DNA of 64,000 bases from Octopus bimaculoides (GCF_001194135.2 NC_068985.1:47938920-48002919), one strand, 5' to 3'. Counted from the first letter of the stretch, positions 40,254-54,148 are shown. The notes: a model not told the origin generated them from the sequence alone. Program-made: numbers and translations.

Positions 40254-40907
40254 GGTTATTAGTTTAGCCTATTTTACTCATGTTCGCTTCAAATGTATTT
40301 TTATCAGTTATTCTTTCCTAGAAATATATTGGCTTTCATTTTACGTAACATAACCTAAAATCCATGTGCGAACCAAGGTTTAATTTCAACAGTCTTTCGC
40401 TCAATTGTTTTCAACAGTGAATGGTGAATAAATGTCAATAATTTACATTGCATTCGTTTTCTTTGGAGATAATCAGGTTGTCTCCAACGGGAAATTGTTT
40501 CATCGTACAACAGCAATAACTGAATCATATACTTTACTGGTGAGTCAGCTACAAATTTGTAAGGAACAATAATTTAAAAAACAAACAATAACTAATTTTG
40601 TAAATCAAAATAATAAACTTTGTACTTTTAATTTTGGCATCAGACTGTTTCGCACATTATGACAAGAAGTAAAGAAGTAAAAAAGATGCAGAGTATTGTT
40701 AAGTTTACAAGACTTGACTAACATTAAAAGAAAATCTGCAGGAAATTAAATTATTTGATATGTTTCTTCTTTGAAATAGGTTATTTCATTAAGTCAATTT
40801 TCCCTTAATGTGTCGTAAAATATTTAATTAAATATATACATACATTAATCTATATATACGTGTGTGTGAGAGTGTGCGTGTCTGTCTGTGTATATGTGCG
40901 AGCGTGC

Positions 40908-40950
<43 letters not shown>

Positions 40951-41574
40951 TGATACACAAACACATGTACATATCAGATACACATCGATATGCTTACAGC
41001 ATGTTCTGCTCGTTCAATTTTTAATAGAGAAATTAACAAATGACTTTGTTGTTGTTGTGTAGCTCTAATCAACTTTGATTGATATTTCCCATAATCAAAG
41101 GAATTGTATCTGCTGTAAGCATCGACTATATATAAAAATAAAATGATACATATTTTTTAAGACGGTGGGGCGTCATTTCATCGAACTTGGTTGCCATATG
41201 CATCAGCTCTAATGATCATGTTCAGCAGCTCGCTCTTTGAAGGACGCAATGTTATAGCACAATTTCAGACAAGATCATTCATCTCGATGTTGTCTGCAAT
41301 TGTGCTATAACATTGCTCCAATTACAGTACGTCTTTAAAATAGTAATTTATAGGTTTATTTTATACTCTCCCTAATATAGGAGATCTCTTATGTCAGCGA
41401 TAATTCCTACTCTACTGGGGTTCATGCGTAGATCTATATATTTGTGTATTTATATATGCATATATATGTATGCATGTATCTGTCTATTTATTTACCTGTC
41501 TATCAATCTATCCATCTGTCTGTCTGTCTTTCTGTCTCTCTCTCTTTCTATCTCTACCTACACCTACATATATA

Positions 41575-42635
41575 AGTATGTCAGTTTCGACCTCTTCCTG
41601 ACTTGTGGAAGTTATGTCCCCCAAATGATTCTTTAAACTACGAAACAAATGGTAGTCCGAAGGAGCAAGGTCGGGAGAATAAGGTGGGTGAGGAAATTTT
41701 TTCTCAACCAAGCTCTTCGATCTTCTGTGATGTGATCTTTGTAGTGTGGAGTCGCGCATTGTCCTGATGAAACATTACTTCTTTTCGATTTACTAAAGCG
41801 GGTCTTTTTTTCTTGAAAGCTTAGTTGAAACGCTCTAATTGCCGACAGTAGACTTGAGCATTGATTGTTGCATTAGGTGGTAACAATTCAAAGTGAATTA
41901 CTCCTTTGCAATCCCACCAGATAGAGAGAAGAATCTTTTTTCCATGAAGTTCCCTTCTCGGTTGTGGTTGAGCTTTTACCCTTTTACCAAGCCACTGTTT
42001 ACGACGTTTAATATTTCGATAGAAGATCAATTTTTTATCATCAGTCACAAGTTTATCCAAAAAGGTTGAAATGAGTTCGCCAGAATGGAGAGAAGAGCAG
42101 ATGTCAACTCGAGATTTGCGGTTGCTTTCGGACAGTTCATGAGGCACTCACTTTCCAAGTTTAGGAACCTTTCCAAGTTGTTGAAGATGATGAACAGTTG
42201 TATGGCTTGAACTAAGCTTTATTACCAATTCTTCAACTGATAATGCAGGATTTTCTTCAAGTAATGCCTCAAGGAGCTTATCATCAAACTCAACTGGACG
42301 TCCTGTTCGATGTTCATCTTCAAGGCTGAAATCTCCACTTCTGAATTTTGCAAAAAATCTTCTGCAAGTTCTTTCATTCAAGCATTCTTTCCCATAAACT
42401 GAGTGTATGTTTCGAGTCGCTAGGGCTGCAGAGTTTCCTTTTTTGTACTCATAAAGCATTATGTGCCTTAAATGCTCTTTGGATACCTCTATGTTAGAAA
42501 GTGTTTCAATCAAAGAAATTTTAATTCTATTATTTGTAAAATAATATTTGAATGTATACAAACGCATAAAAATAATTTTTTCATTCAATTTTAAAAAAAA
42601 GTAAAATCGGACAGAACTTATGGGATGACATGGTA
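41575..42635 (-). mobile_element. Mariner element, DD34D transposase in three frameshifted pieces, 3' end lost
   Basis: ORFs give MLYEYKKGNSAA...FAKFRSGDFSLEDEHRTGRP, MPHEL...LVTDDKKLIFY...LLSIWWDCKGVIHFELL, FHQDNARLH and HPPYSPDLAPSDYHLFRSL. 5' TIR ttatgggatgac at 42618, the same as in 14631-15819. Confidence 0.92.
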
Positions 42636-43499
42636 TTTCCGTATGTAAATATATAAACATCTATATGTATACCTATATTTGCTTACCTTCTAGTGTATAT
42701 ATGTACGCATGTATCTATGTATGTATGTATCATAAAATATCGCATTTTCCACTTCTATAAAATATCGCATTGTCCACTTGCATTTCACAATCGTTCTATT
42801 GTTTTGTTATTTTGTTTTACGATCACCACATTTGTGAAATATTTCACACTGAACTTCGAATGCAGAAAATAAGAGCATTTAAGAATGATGACAAGTGTAT
42901 CAAAATATTAGCTACAGTTAGAAAGTTAGTAAAAGATATGAGCAGCTATTTCCAAACCGTCCCTTAATAAGGAGAATTTTATTAAAATGTTGACTTATTC
43001 TGAATTTTCTTGAACGTAAAATTATTTTAAATGGAGGATCGTTGATTCCGAAGTGAATAAAAATTTTGGAAACCCTTTTGTTTTAATATCGTCTTCACAT
43101 ACGTTAGACATTCCTCTTAATATTAATAATTTGCTTTCTCACAAATTATACCATTCCTGATTACAAGCGCTTCAACTTACATCTCAGCTATTCTTGCCTA
43201 GAAGACGTCTCTGCTATCATTTTGCGACAAGACTTAAAATCATACAGATACACAGCTTATACAGCAACAACTTGACTGCAGTGATAGAAGTTGAGTCACG
43301 TCCTACGAAGAGTATTGTATCTTCCCACAGATGTTACACTCACTAATCGAAATGTCATGCTGAGGAATGATGCGAGTTTACTCTAACGTGTTCAAGGAGC
43401 GCTACAATCAAACATCGTCATCAATTTAGGCTCAAGAAAACAGTTCCCCCACCCTTTATCTTGCGTACTTGAAACCTTAGTAACAGGTGGCCTTCTTTT

Positions 43500-43720
43500 C
43501 ATGCCATAACTTGAAGCTTTTACTGTAGAGCATCACTCCATGAGAGTTCTATGTTTTAGTCGGAGACTCTATTTCTCTGAGTAACTACATATTATGAAAC
43601 AATTGGGGATATCCATCCCTAAGTATTCTGAAGAGATTGCTAACTGTTGTCACAGATGAACCGTTCTCATGGCTCGGATTCAAACAAACTATGCTGGGAA
43701 ATAATCTCAGAAAGTGTGGG
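43500..43720 (+). mobile_element. Possible CR1-like LINE 3' remnant
   Basis: KQLGISIPKY...LTVVTDEP resembles QLFN.LPK.LR...VPDEP; very decayed. Confidence 0.25.
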
Positions 43721-44689
43721 ATGTGACCGGGTTTCTGCATTTGTCAACGAATTGTTGGCCCATAGTCTGTCCGCTCGTAGAGTGTAATGCTGGAAGTCAT
43801 ATTTTCTAGGCAAAAAAATAATCCCATGTGAACGACATGCTTCTTGCGAACAGTATTTAATCGTAACAGTGTACCCAGCCAATTCTGTCATCAACTGAAA
43901 CACAGTAACAAAATATCGAATATATCCAGATTAAATATAGTAGCAATAGTGTAGTCACAAGAGATCAAAATTTCCTGTAACATTATGAGATATTCGAATC
44001 ACGTAAAATCAACGGTTGTTTATCGTTCAGAATACATCAGTAAACAATAAAAAGGCAATATTTGGTGCAACAACTATAGTTATTCGTCAAAATACTTTAC
44101 TTACGAAACAGAGAATGCTCGATTAATCTAAGACCAAATGTATGGATATATACATATACATGCATATATATATGCATAGATTTATATATATACACACACA
44201 TTCGTTCCATCGAGTATATTGTAGTGTGCGCGCGTCCCTGTATATGTATATATGTCTGTGTGTGTGAGTATGGGCGTGCGCGCGTGCGCGCGTGTGTGCA
44301 ACAAGATTTCGCAATTTCCGTTTCCATATATAAAAACCAGTCGCCAAGAAAGTATCTTCAGATGATTTACCCACGTTGTCACGTGGTGGAATCAAATGTG
44401 AAACCATGTGTTTGTGAAGGCATTTTCTTAATCATACACTTATGTCTGCTAGAATATCGTTTTGTTTAACCTCAAATAAAATCTGATTCATACTTCTCGC
44501 TAAAGGCATTGTTCTCGTGGTCAGCCCATCTGACATAAGTATGGCTATATATTTCTATTTGAAGATAGTGCATGATTATTAGATGAAGATCTGACTGTAA
44601 TCTCTACACAGTGGGGCAACCGTGTATTGGTTCCAGCACATATTAGATATTTGTTTGGACTTCTATTGAAGCTAGAATTTATATATATA

Positions 44690-44732
<43 letters not shown>

Positions 44733-44763
44733 ATGCGTATGTGTGTGTGTGCATGCGTGTGTG

Positions 44764-45618
44764 CGTTGTGTGATCAATAAGTATCCGGACTGATGTGATA
44801 GTAACAACGCTAAAGCATGCAGAGTAAAGCCGTTTCGCACATATTGACCTTCAGTGCAGTTGTGCATGTGCACTACGTTTTAACGTTCTTGCTCACTTCC
44901 GATGTTTACAACAGTGCTTGGAAGGAAGGTGTGTAGCGTGTGATTGTCGCATTGACCATGACAGAGAAAGTCGAGCAGAGAATCTGCATCAATCTTTGCC
45001 ATAAACTTGGTGATATTGTTCAGAGGCCTACGCAAATTTTTCGAAAAGTTTTCATCATCCTCGACACAATGAAGAAGATCTTGTGCAACCTAAACCCGAG
45101 TGTCTTCTTGGTTAGCTAAACCTTGTTTGGCACAAACTTGGCAGACACGTGTCTCATACCCAAATCTTTAGTGATAATGGTCTGAACCGAACCGTAACGA
45201 ATCTGCACATCCTCTGATAACTCACGGATGGTGATTCGATGTTTTGCCCTCACAGTTGCACGCACATCTGTGATGTTTTTCTCAGTTTTGCTGGTTGCGG
45301 GTCTCCCAGAACGTTCATCAATATCGACATTTTCCCGCTACTTTGGAAACGTCTGAACCACTCATACACATGTGGGCGTCTCATACTCTCCTCTCCATAT
45401 ACATTCTTGAACTTTTTGTAAGCCTCTGAGCAGGTATCGCCATGACCACGCTGCACACGTTCCTTTATAGCACTGATGTAAACGGCAGAAGTGAGTAAGA
45501 GCATAAAACTTTGTGCCCTTGCACAGCAGAGTACAATGTTAATTTTTACCAAGCGGCATTACTCTACGTGCTATGTTACTATGACAACAGTACGGATAGT
45601 TACTGATGAGACCAATAT
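44764..45618. mobile_element. Fold-back mariner derivative built from two inverted 5' ends
   Basis: Left arm (+): TIR, leader, ATG at 44958 (MTEKVEQRICINLCHKLG). Right arm (-): the same TIR and leader, then GDTCSEAYKKFKNVYGEE...WFRRF...ITIRELSEDV...SAKFVP. The junction is at palindrome ttttcgaaaa, 45038-45047. Confidence 0.85.
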
Positions 45619-45624
45619 ATATAT

Positions 45625-45790
45625 AGTTGAAATTTATAGAAAAACAAAGATGAAGACAGGTGTATGAACAACAAGCAAGTGTATTAGTTTGACGCGCGGG
45701 AAAAAGGAAAGGTCTTTTACAATTCAAGCCTTCGGTCCTCAACAGAAAAGAATAAGAAAAAATAAACAGAGAGCGAGTGAAAAAGACATA
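45625..45790 (-). mobile_element. Short interspersed repeat with a hammerhead-like variant motif (45712-45750)
   Basis: Minus strand cuuuu CUGUUGA ggacc gaa ggcuu GAAU u GUA aaagac. A partial related motif, gtaggctcgaaccgtc, lies on the minus strand at about 30009-30036. Confidence 0.4.
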
Positions 45791-45875
45791 TAGGTTTTAA
45801 ATTAACCTTAACCTAATCAGATTATTATAAATGACTTGAGATACTCGTCCTGCATTGGTCTTTGATGTACTTTTC

Positions 45876-46167
45876 CTCAGTTGTTAGAGCATCGAGCTTA
45901 CGATCGTGAGGTTGTGAGTTCGAATCCTGTACCAGGCTGCGTGTTGTGTTCTTGAGTAATGTAGAAATGAGTTGCGACGTCACTGGTGCCAAGCTGTATC
46001 GGCCTTTGCCTTTCCCTTGGATGACATCGGTGGCGTGGAGAGGGGGTGGCTGGTATGCATGCATGTCGACGGTTGGCCTTCCCCAAACAACCTTGCCCAG
46101 ACTTGTGCCTCGGAGGGTAACTTTCTAGGTGTAATCCCATGGTCATTCGTGACCGAAGGGGGTCTCC
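45876..46167 (+). mobile_element. SINE family C, tail type 1, central domain partly deleted
   Basis: gagttcgaatcc B-box; tail matches 22640-22826. Confidence 0.85.
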
Positions 46168-46203
46168 ATATATATATATATAATATATATATATATGTGT
46201 GTG

Positions 46204-46288
<85 letters not shown>

Positions 46289-46732
46289 GTGTGTGTGTGT
46301 GTGTATGTATATAATTATAAATAAGTAAATAAGGGTATATGCTGAAAAGAGACGCTAAATCGTCGAACCACGTTAAATATCTTCACTATTGTTATTACAC
46401 ACGTGTCGAAACGAGGAACTAAGCAAACGGAAATTCATAACGTTGAGTTATATACACGCACAGATACACACTCACACATACACACACGCACACACACACA
46501 CGCACACGCGCGCGCACACACACACACACATACACACACTCACAGAAGAACCAGCTTCAGTATCTTTTTTTATATTTTGACGCTAGATTAAATGTTCATT
46601 AATAACTAAATGACTGGTGGTAGACTAAGTATAGAACGTCCTTTAATAGAACAGAAATGCTAATCGTTGTTGTTTTTTTGTTGTTTTTTTTGGCGTGGAG
46701 AGCACTTTACTTGTACTTCATAAATAACTGGG

Positions 46733-46792
46733 GAAATGTAGAGAAGCCAGAAATGTAGAGAAGCTAGAAATGTAGAGAAGCCAGAAATGTAG
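46733..46792. repeat. 17-bp minisatellite gaaatgtagagaagc(c/t)a x3.5
   Basis: Direct inspection. Confidence 0.9.
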
Positions 46793-48697
46793 CTTCATCT
46801 GCATATAGAAATGTTTACGAAGAAGAGAATAGAAAAAAATTAACCTTGGCCACGCCGAATTGACTAAACAATGCAATCTGATAGAAGTTAGACTGATGGT
46901 TCTTTCATACATAGATACCATGGTTTCAATGTGTGACACATTCAGATTCGCTTCGGTTCAACTCTCGCATTCGTTTGGGCATGTGCGATAGTTTAAAACC
47001 GCAGAGAACAAGTTTATGGGTCATGAAACAAATACACGTCAGTTGCTAGATGCATTCTCTATAAGTTTCTATAGTCAAACAAGTTTAATGGCAAAATTAT
47101 GTACATATTCTTATACAGAATTCATTAAGATATTTGTTTTATGGTGTTCTATATAATTTTTGCTGTACGCGCTCGCGAATATAATACATAACTTTGAATA
47201 TAACATGATTTAGACTATAATATTTTCAATTTGAAATATGATTATATAAAGCAACGTCGAAATCATGATATCCTCTACCTACAAATAAAATTAATGTCGT
47301 GATATATTCCAATAAATTAGATTTTGTGATATCACGTAATAAATGGAGTGTCGTAATATCTTCCTTCCTAATATTGATTTCCTTCGTCGGAATAACGCCA
47401 ACTTTGTGAGTTTATCAGAAATACGTATTTTATCTACACTGATGGACAACATTTATAACCAAATTCAGTGAGAACCAGGTCCAGAAATATCCATTTCTAA
47501 ATTGATTACATAAGTAACCCTATCTGTGTGTACTTTTCTCCAACAGCACAGACAAACTGTTAATCGACACAAGTTTGCATGTGGTATGTCGACTGCGACA
47601 AGGTGAGGTGTGGTTGGGGACGGTTACGGAAGACTGAAGCAGAGCACCATCAGAATGATAATGAGCGTTGGTAGGCGTGATGTTATTTAATATGTATAGA
47701 AAGAAGGTACAGGAAGACAAAAGCGCATACTCGATGGAGTGATGCACAAATGCAATGTCGAACACAAAGGGCTTCATACAAACATGTGGCATTAGTGTAA
47801 TTTCACAGCAAGTTAGCTAATCAGAGATAGAATGAGCGAATTGACGGCAAATTTTACGTTTGGCAGGAGGATCGCGTGATCGACATAGTCGAAAGCTTTG
47901 TTAATATCGAGTGCGAAAATATTGCTTTCAACCATTTTTTTCCCATTACTTGAGCCCACTGATGGATAAAATGAGAGATTAGACCACCTGTATGCCTGAT
48001 ATTTTTATGGAAATTGAACTGGTGATTATTAAGGAAAGAGAAATTCAGAGAGAGAGAGAGAGAGTGAGAGGAGGGACAAAGAGAGAGAGAGAGAGAGAGA
48101 GAGTGATTCGAATTGTTCGAGTAAATTGTTCTTAATGAGTGTCTCCATTTCTAAGATGCTAAAAATGACATTTCGTTAATTAGCAGTGTCAGGAAAGTTT
48201 CATTTCATTGGAATGGGAGCATAGAAGTGTCACTCCAGAAAGTAGTTCAGATCCCAGTAGCCAGAAACAGATTGAAGTGTTTGGTGAAACTAGGGGCCAG
48301 GTCTGTGCTATAGCGTTTAACGGTAACGAAAAGACACCAGGACTGGTTGCCTTGTTGGTTCGAAGTAACAAGTGGTACTTTAGCATTTAGCTTTTGTGTA
48401 CACATATTGGTGGACCTGGAAGTGTGCAAGGGTATACTAATGTGGGTGGTTTCCTGAGTATATGCAGTGTTGAATTGCCTGGAAAGTACAAACATATAAT
48501 TAATGCTGAAATTTGTCTGTTTTACCTGCAAGGAGAAATAAATAATTTATCAGTATCTTTCCACTCCGAGAAACACGAGAATGTACAATATGGTCGCATA
48601 TGCATTTAGATATAAACATATATACATTGACATATACACATATAGCTATAACTATACACATTCACTAAAATTTATCGCAACCCACGCAAAATATGTA

Positions 48698-48774
<77 letters not shown>

Positions 48775-49431
48775 TGTGTGTGTATGTTTACTTAGATATG
48801 TAAATGTGTGTGTGTGTGTGAGTGGGTATGTATATATTTATATATATGCGTGTGTGTGCATATGTATATATGTATATATGTATATATATATATGTATATA
48901 CTTACTTAGGTATGTATGTATATATATGCATAGATACACACGCACACACTCACACACATACCCACTCACGCGCACACATTTACATACAATCTACTCTCAA
49001 GTCAGTTGTATGACTAGAAGTGCTCAAGTGAAAGATGATACGAAATACTTGCTCTCCTGTAACTTGCAACTACCATCTTGTTTAATGCAATTAATCATGA
49101 CGTATAAGTGCATCGTTGTTTCTACTCTCTCAACTATTATCTCTAAAAAAAAAACATTATCTTTTTTTTCTCAATATAAGATTTAAGCGACACTTGTATG
49201 ATGCGTGTTCATATTATTTTCGTTCGTTATATACATTCTTATTTTATTTTCTAAATTAATTAAATTATTTACTTGATTGTACTCATTCAAGTATTCTGAG
49301 AGATTACTTATGAAGGTTGAATTGTGTAGCTTAAAATTTCATAAACTTTCTTATATTTTTGTTTTTCCCTCCTTCTCTCTCCTCTCTCTCTCTTTTCTCT
49401 CCTTCTCTTTCTCTCTCTTTGTCTATATGCG

Positions 49432-49465
<34 letters not shown>

Positions 49466-50272
49466 TGAACGAATTTGTGTATCTATGTACTTATGCGCGC
49501 ATGTAGGCATGGAATAATTTTATAATTATTTTGAACAATTACAACTTTAAATTAAGTTGTATTGCTGTTGACGTTAGCAAGAATACTTAGTAATAATACC
49601 GTAATCCTTTATTTAATGTCTACCGTAGCAGTGGAATAAAATAAATCTCTTTATAGAGATAAGCGAAGTTGCAGTTCTTCTTTTAGAAATGAAGAACTTT
49701 TTAGATAACTACAATTTAATGAATATCCTATAAAAATTCGTAAACTTTAAACAATAGTGTGATGAAGCATGCACGTGCTATACTCACTTATCGGGGAAAA
49801 TATAGGTGGGTATTCAGTCTGCTAGACATAATAACCAAATATAAAAAAAAAAGAATGACAGGATACACTATATCTGTAAATGGAACCATATAACCACATC
49901 CGAAATACCTTGACTATAAGTCTCCCGATCATGGATTAGTGTTAATTTGGAACTAAATAACAACGGTAACAACATCACAAAGTAAACATGTAAGAAGAAA
50001 AACCACACTAACTCTCGCGTGCGCACGTGTGTGTGTCCTAAACACACACGCACAATAATATATACATGCATATATTTTTGTGTGCGCGTGTTTGTGTGAA
50101 TAGCGCACGTCTCCCAAAATTTACGCCCAATTGTAATTGTACATAATATATATTAGATTATGAAGTCCACAGGGAAAGAAAGGATGATCGTAGCCGCATC
50201 GCCTTTGATGATAGATATGCCAGGAGCTTTATTTACAATTGACGGATATTTGTCCTTATCTTGTTTGTTGTT

Positions 50273-50317
50273 AACACAACGTTTTGGCTGATATACCCTC
50301 CATCCTTCATCAGGGGT
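50273..50317 (-). ncRNA. Hammerhead motif copy 1 (GAAA changed to AAAA)
   Basis: Minus strand aaccc CUGAUGA a GGAUG gaggguauau CAGCC AAAA CG UU guguu. Confidence 0.6.
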
Positions 50318-50412
50318 TTTGGGAAAATTTCGAACCTGGGTTCTCATTCCTAAGGTATTTTTCGCTCTTAACCCCAAGATTCCGAGTTCGATTCCAGGCA
50401 GTGACCTAAATC

Positions 50413-50446
<34 letters not shown>

Positions 50447-50492
50447 CAACAACAACAACAAAAACAAAAATAACAACAAAAACAACAACAAT

Positions 50493-50546
<54 letters not shown>

Positions 50547-50599
50547 TAATAATAATAATAACAACAGCATTGAAAAATCCAGGTTCGAAATTACCCCAA

Positions 50600-50645
50600 G
50601 ACACCTGATGACGACTGGAGGTTATATCACCCGAAACGTTGTGTT
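50600..50645 (+). ncRNA. Hammerhead motif copy 2 (core intact, stem II damaged)
   Basis: GACAC CUGAUGA c gacug gagguuauau caccc GAAA CG UU GUGUU; stem I GACAC/GUGUU pairs fully, with one G-U pair. Confidence 0.65.
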
Positions 50646-52164
50646 AACAACAAACAAGATGAGGACAAATATCCGTAAATTGTAAATAATGTACATAATT
50701 ACTCATCTCTTAAATAGAGAACTGTAATGCTAGGAACATCAATAACTTAGCTACTAATCTAAGGTCTACAAGGTATCATCTCTTATACGACCACAGGATT
50801 TACGAGAAACAATAGCCGAATCAAAAACTTCCTATATTAAAAACGGAGAAGTTCATCGAATATTTTGGCGCTAGATGTACCGTTTGAAAAGAATGTGTCA
50901 GTAGTGACATGGCCAAAACGCTTTTGATTCAGTTTGCCTTATCCGAAATAATTTTGAGTATGTCAATGAAAAGCAACCATTAGTTTTTCTGTTTGTTTTA
51001 CCATTTTTTTAAAGGGAGAAGTTGAAACCGTTTTGGGTGCTAATAATTACATATCTGTGCCCTATAACCAATTAAGTCTGATCACTATGGTTTCGAGCAT
51101 CGGTTCTCTTAATAAAAGTTAATTTAAGAGAACATTAGCTGCTGAACTCGGATATATTATATTTCACACATGTATCCTTTTGATAACAACGCCGATATAC
51201 ACGCATACAATGGTGAATCATAGTAGCCGTTGATTATGATAGAGATACCCTTCTGAAAATATACTATATTTTCTCCCAAACTAAGGTTAGATTCAATAAT
51301 GTTAGTTATAGGTACACTGTATTTAAGAAAATGATGATATATTTACGGCCTGATCAGTCAGAGACGAGATGGGTTACCCAATACCAACGAGAGTTCAGAG
51401 ATTATAAGTGCAGACCGGAATATAGTGGCAATACAATACAGTCTAACATCCACCAACAATACCTTACAATAACCCACTGCATGATGCTGTACCGAGTGTA
51501 GATATCACCTGGATGAATATATCATTCATCTAGAGCAATTGATCAGTGAATTACACGCCAAGGTTTATCTATTTCAATATCGTAGGTCCGATCTGGAAAT
51601 GAAAGTAAGAGCTACACAAATGCTATACGACTAAAATGTGATTTATTGGTAGCAAGTGATGTGAAAATATAGCTTGCATGATATATGCAAGTAACAGATG
51701 GGGAGATATTAATACACATTTGCTTCTTATTTTAGATTCCTTTAAGTTACACACTCGGACGTATATATTGTAAGTGACAGCATGTGCGAGCTCAGCTACA
51801 GCTTAAATAGTCCCTAAAATGTTCAGTGAGTTCAGAAAGAAGGCAAGTACTTTCTTTTCTGTAAGAACTTTTCTCTATTATAGCTTATTTTAGTTTCAGA
51901 AAGCATGAAACACATACCTCTTGTTTTATCTTTCTCAATCTTCAACTCCTTTTTATTTTATTTCTCTCTCTGTTTCTCCTACCAAACCACACTCTCTTTG
52001 TATACATATACATACAGAGACAGGTATATGCATACATCTCTCTCTCTCTCTCTCTCTCGCTATATATATATAAATACAGAGAGAGAGAGAAAGGGATTTA
52101 GATATATATATATGTATGTGTGCGTGAGTGTATCTTCATACATGTGTGTGTGTATGTATGTATG

Positions 52165-52197
<33 letters not shown>

Positions 52198-52532
52198 NNN
52201 NNNNNNNNNNNNNNNNNNNNNNNNNNNNNNNNNNNNNNNNNNNNNNNNNNNNNNNNNNNNNNNNNNNNNNNNNNNNNNNNNNNNNNNNNNNNNNNNNNNN
52301 NNNNNNNNNNNNNNNNNNNNNNNNNNNNNNNNNNNNNNNNNNNNNNNNNNNNNNNNNNNNNNNNNNNNNNNNNNNNNNNNNNNNNNNNNNNNNNNNNNNN
52401 NNNNNNNNNNNNNNNNNNNNNNNNNNNNNNNNNNNNNNNNNNNNNNNNNNNNNNNNNNNNNNNNNNNNNNNNNNNNNNNNNNNNNNNNNNNNNNNNNNNN
52501 NNNNNNNNNNNNNNNNNNNNNNNNNNNNNNNN

Positions 52533-52589
<57 letters not shown>

Positions 52590-53096
52590 ACAGACAGATA
52601 CAGAAACATGCGTGTAATTAAAATGACAAATACCAAAACATTTTTAAATATTAGGAAAAAGTTCTGTATCTTAGATGACCATCCGTCTTTGAGCGAAGTG
52701 AATAGAAATGGCTTGATTACTTAATAATGCTCTCACGTTATGTGTGAATATTGTGCTTTTAGCCGTAATGACAGATTACAAAGAAAGCGCTATCTTCCAT
52801 TAGCTATTTCTAGAAACTTCCTTCCATTTCATTCTGTCCTGTGTATATGTAAATGTAAAATTCACATGACGGATGTTTAGTGAATGGACAACACGGCTTT
52901 AACACCAAAGAAATTTGCAACCACTGCCACAGGGCTAAAGCGTGAAGAATGTATGTAATTCATATATGTGTGTGTGTATGTGTGTGTGTGTTTGTTTGTG
53001 TGTGTATACATATATAGATAGAAAGATATAGATACATACGTATATATACGTATATTTGCATATATATATATGAATCTATGCATGTTAGTATATGTA

Positions 53097-53199
<103 letters not shown>

Positions 53200-53364
53200 A
53201 TATGTATATATACATGTATATATGTACGTATATATGATATATATGTGTATATTTGTACGCACATACACACACACACATATATATATATGTATATATATAT
53301 ACTTATATATATATACATGAACACACATATATATATGTGTGAGTGTATAAATATATATAGACAG

Positions 53365-53434
<70 letters not shown>

Positions 53435-54114
53435 GTAGATAAATAGATAGATAGATAGATAGATGTACTTAAATATAATTATACGCATATGTGTTGCATG
53501 TGTATGTATATGTGTATATATATTCATGCCTGTACAATATATATACACGGACATAAAAACGCAAAACACCCCTACACATAAAACTGTACACATGCAAACA
53601 TATCCATTATGTGATTATATAATAGATGTGTTTGTTGTGCGTATTTATTTTGTTTAAGTGTGTAACTGTATACATGCACATGTATTTGCATGAATATATG
53701 TATAGTGATGTGTAATTGTCATTAAGCTTGAATTCTATATATGTGCGAGCATATATGCATAGAAATGTTAACTGACATAGACTAAACGAGAGACCGTGAG
53801 ATGGGTAGGCAAAGGAAGCGAACTACGAAGCCTTGGAAAGGAAAATGAAAGGCATTGAAAGAGCTGATAGAGAACAGGCTGAAATCTAAGTCATGAATGG
53901 ATGAGAAGTTAACAATAGTGTTCGTTCGAAAAATTGTAGCAAAGAACATACATGTTCTGGTGAAAAAGGAAACTTTTAGAAGTTTATTTGTACATATACG
54001 TGCATTGCTCCCGCATTATTTATAAATAATCAACAGCTTAGCAGCAATCGATCTTGATTCTTTTTGCTTTCCCTCACATATGCTCTTCCTCTCTTGCCAT
54101 GTATAGCTCTCTCT

Positions 54115-54148
<34 letters not shown>

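Larger units (their letters stand above)
50232..50727. mobile_element. Inverted pair of a hammerhead-bearing repeat flanking a B-box fragment and (AAT/AAC)n
   Basis: 50232-50341 is the reverse complement of about 50576-50686. B-box gagttcgattcc at 50384-50395; microsatellite at about 50413-50567. Confidence 0.85.

Noticed and set aside
45602-45640. ctgatga...gaaa on the plus strand
   Set aside because: ctgatga belongs to the mariner TIR; no UH-closed stem III or stem I.
51350-51580. Possible CR1/L2 relic on the minus strand
   Set aside because: Too degenerate to support.
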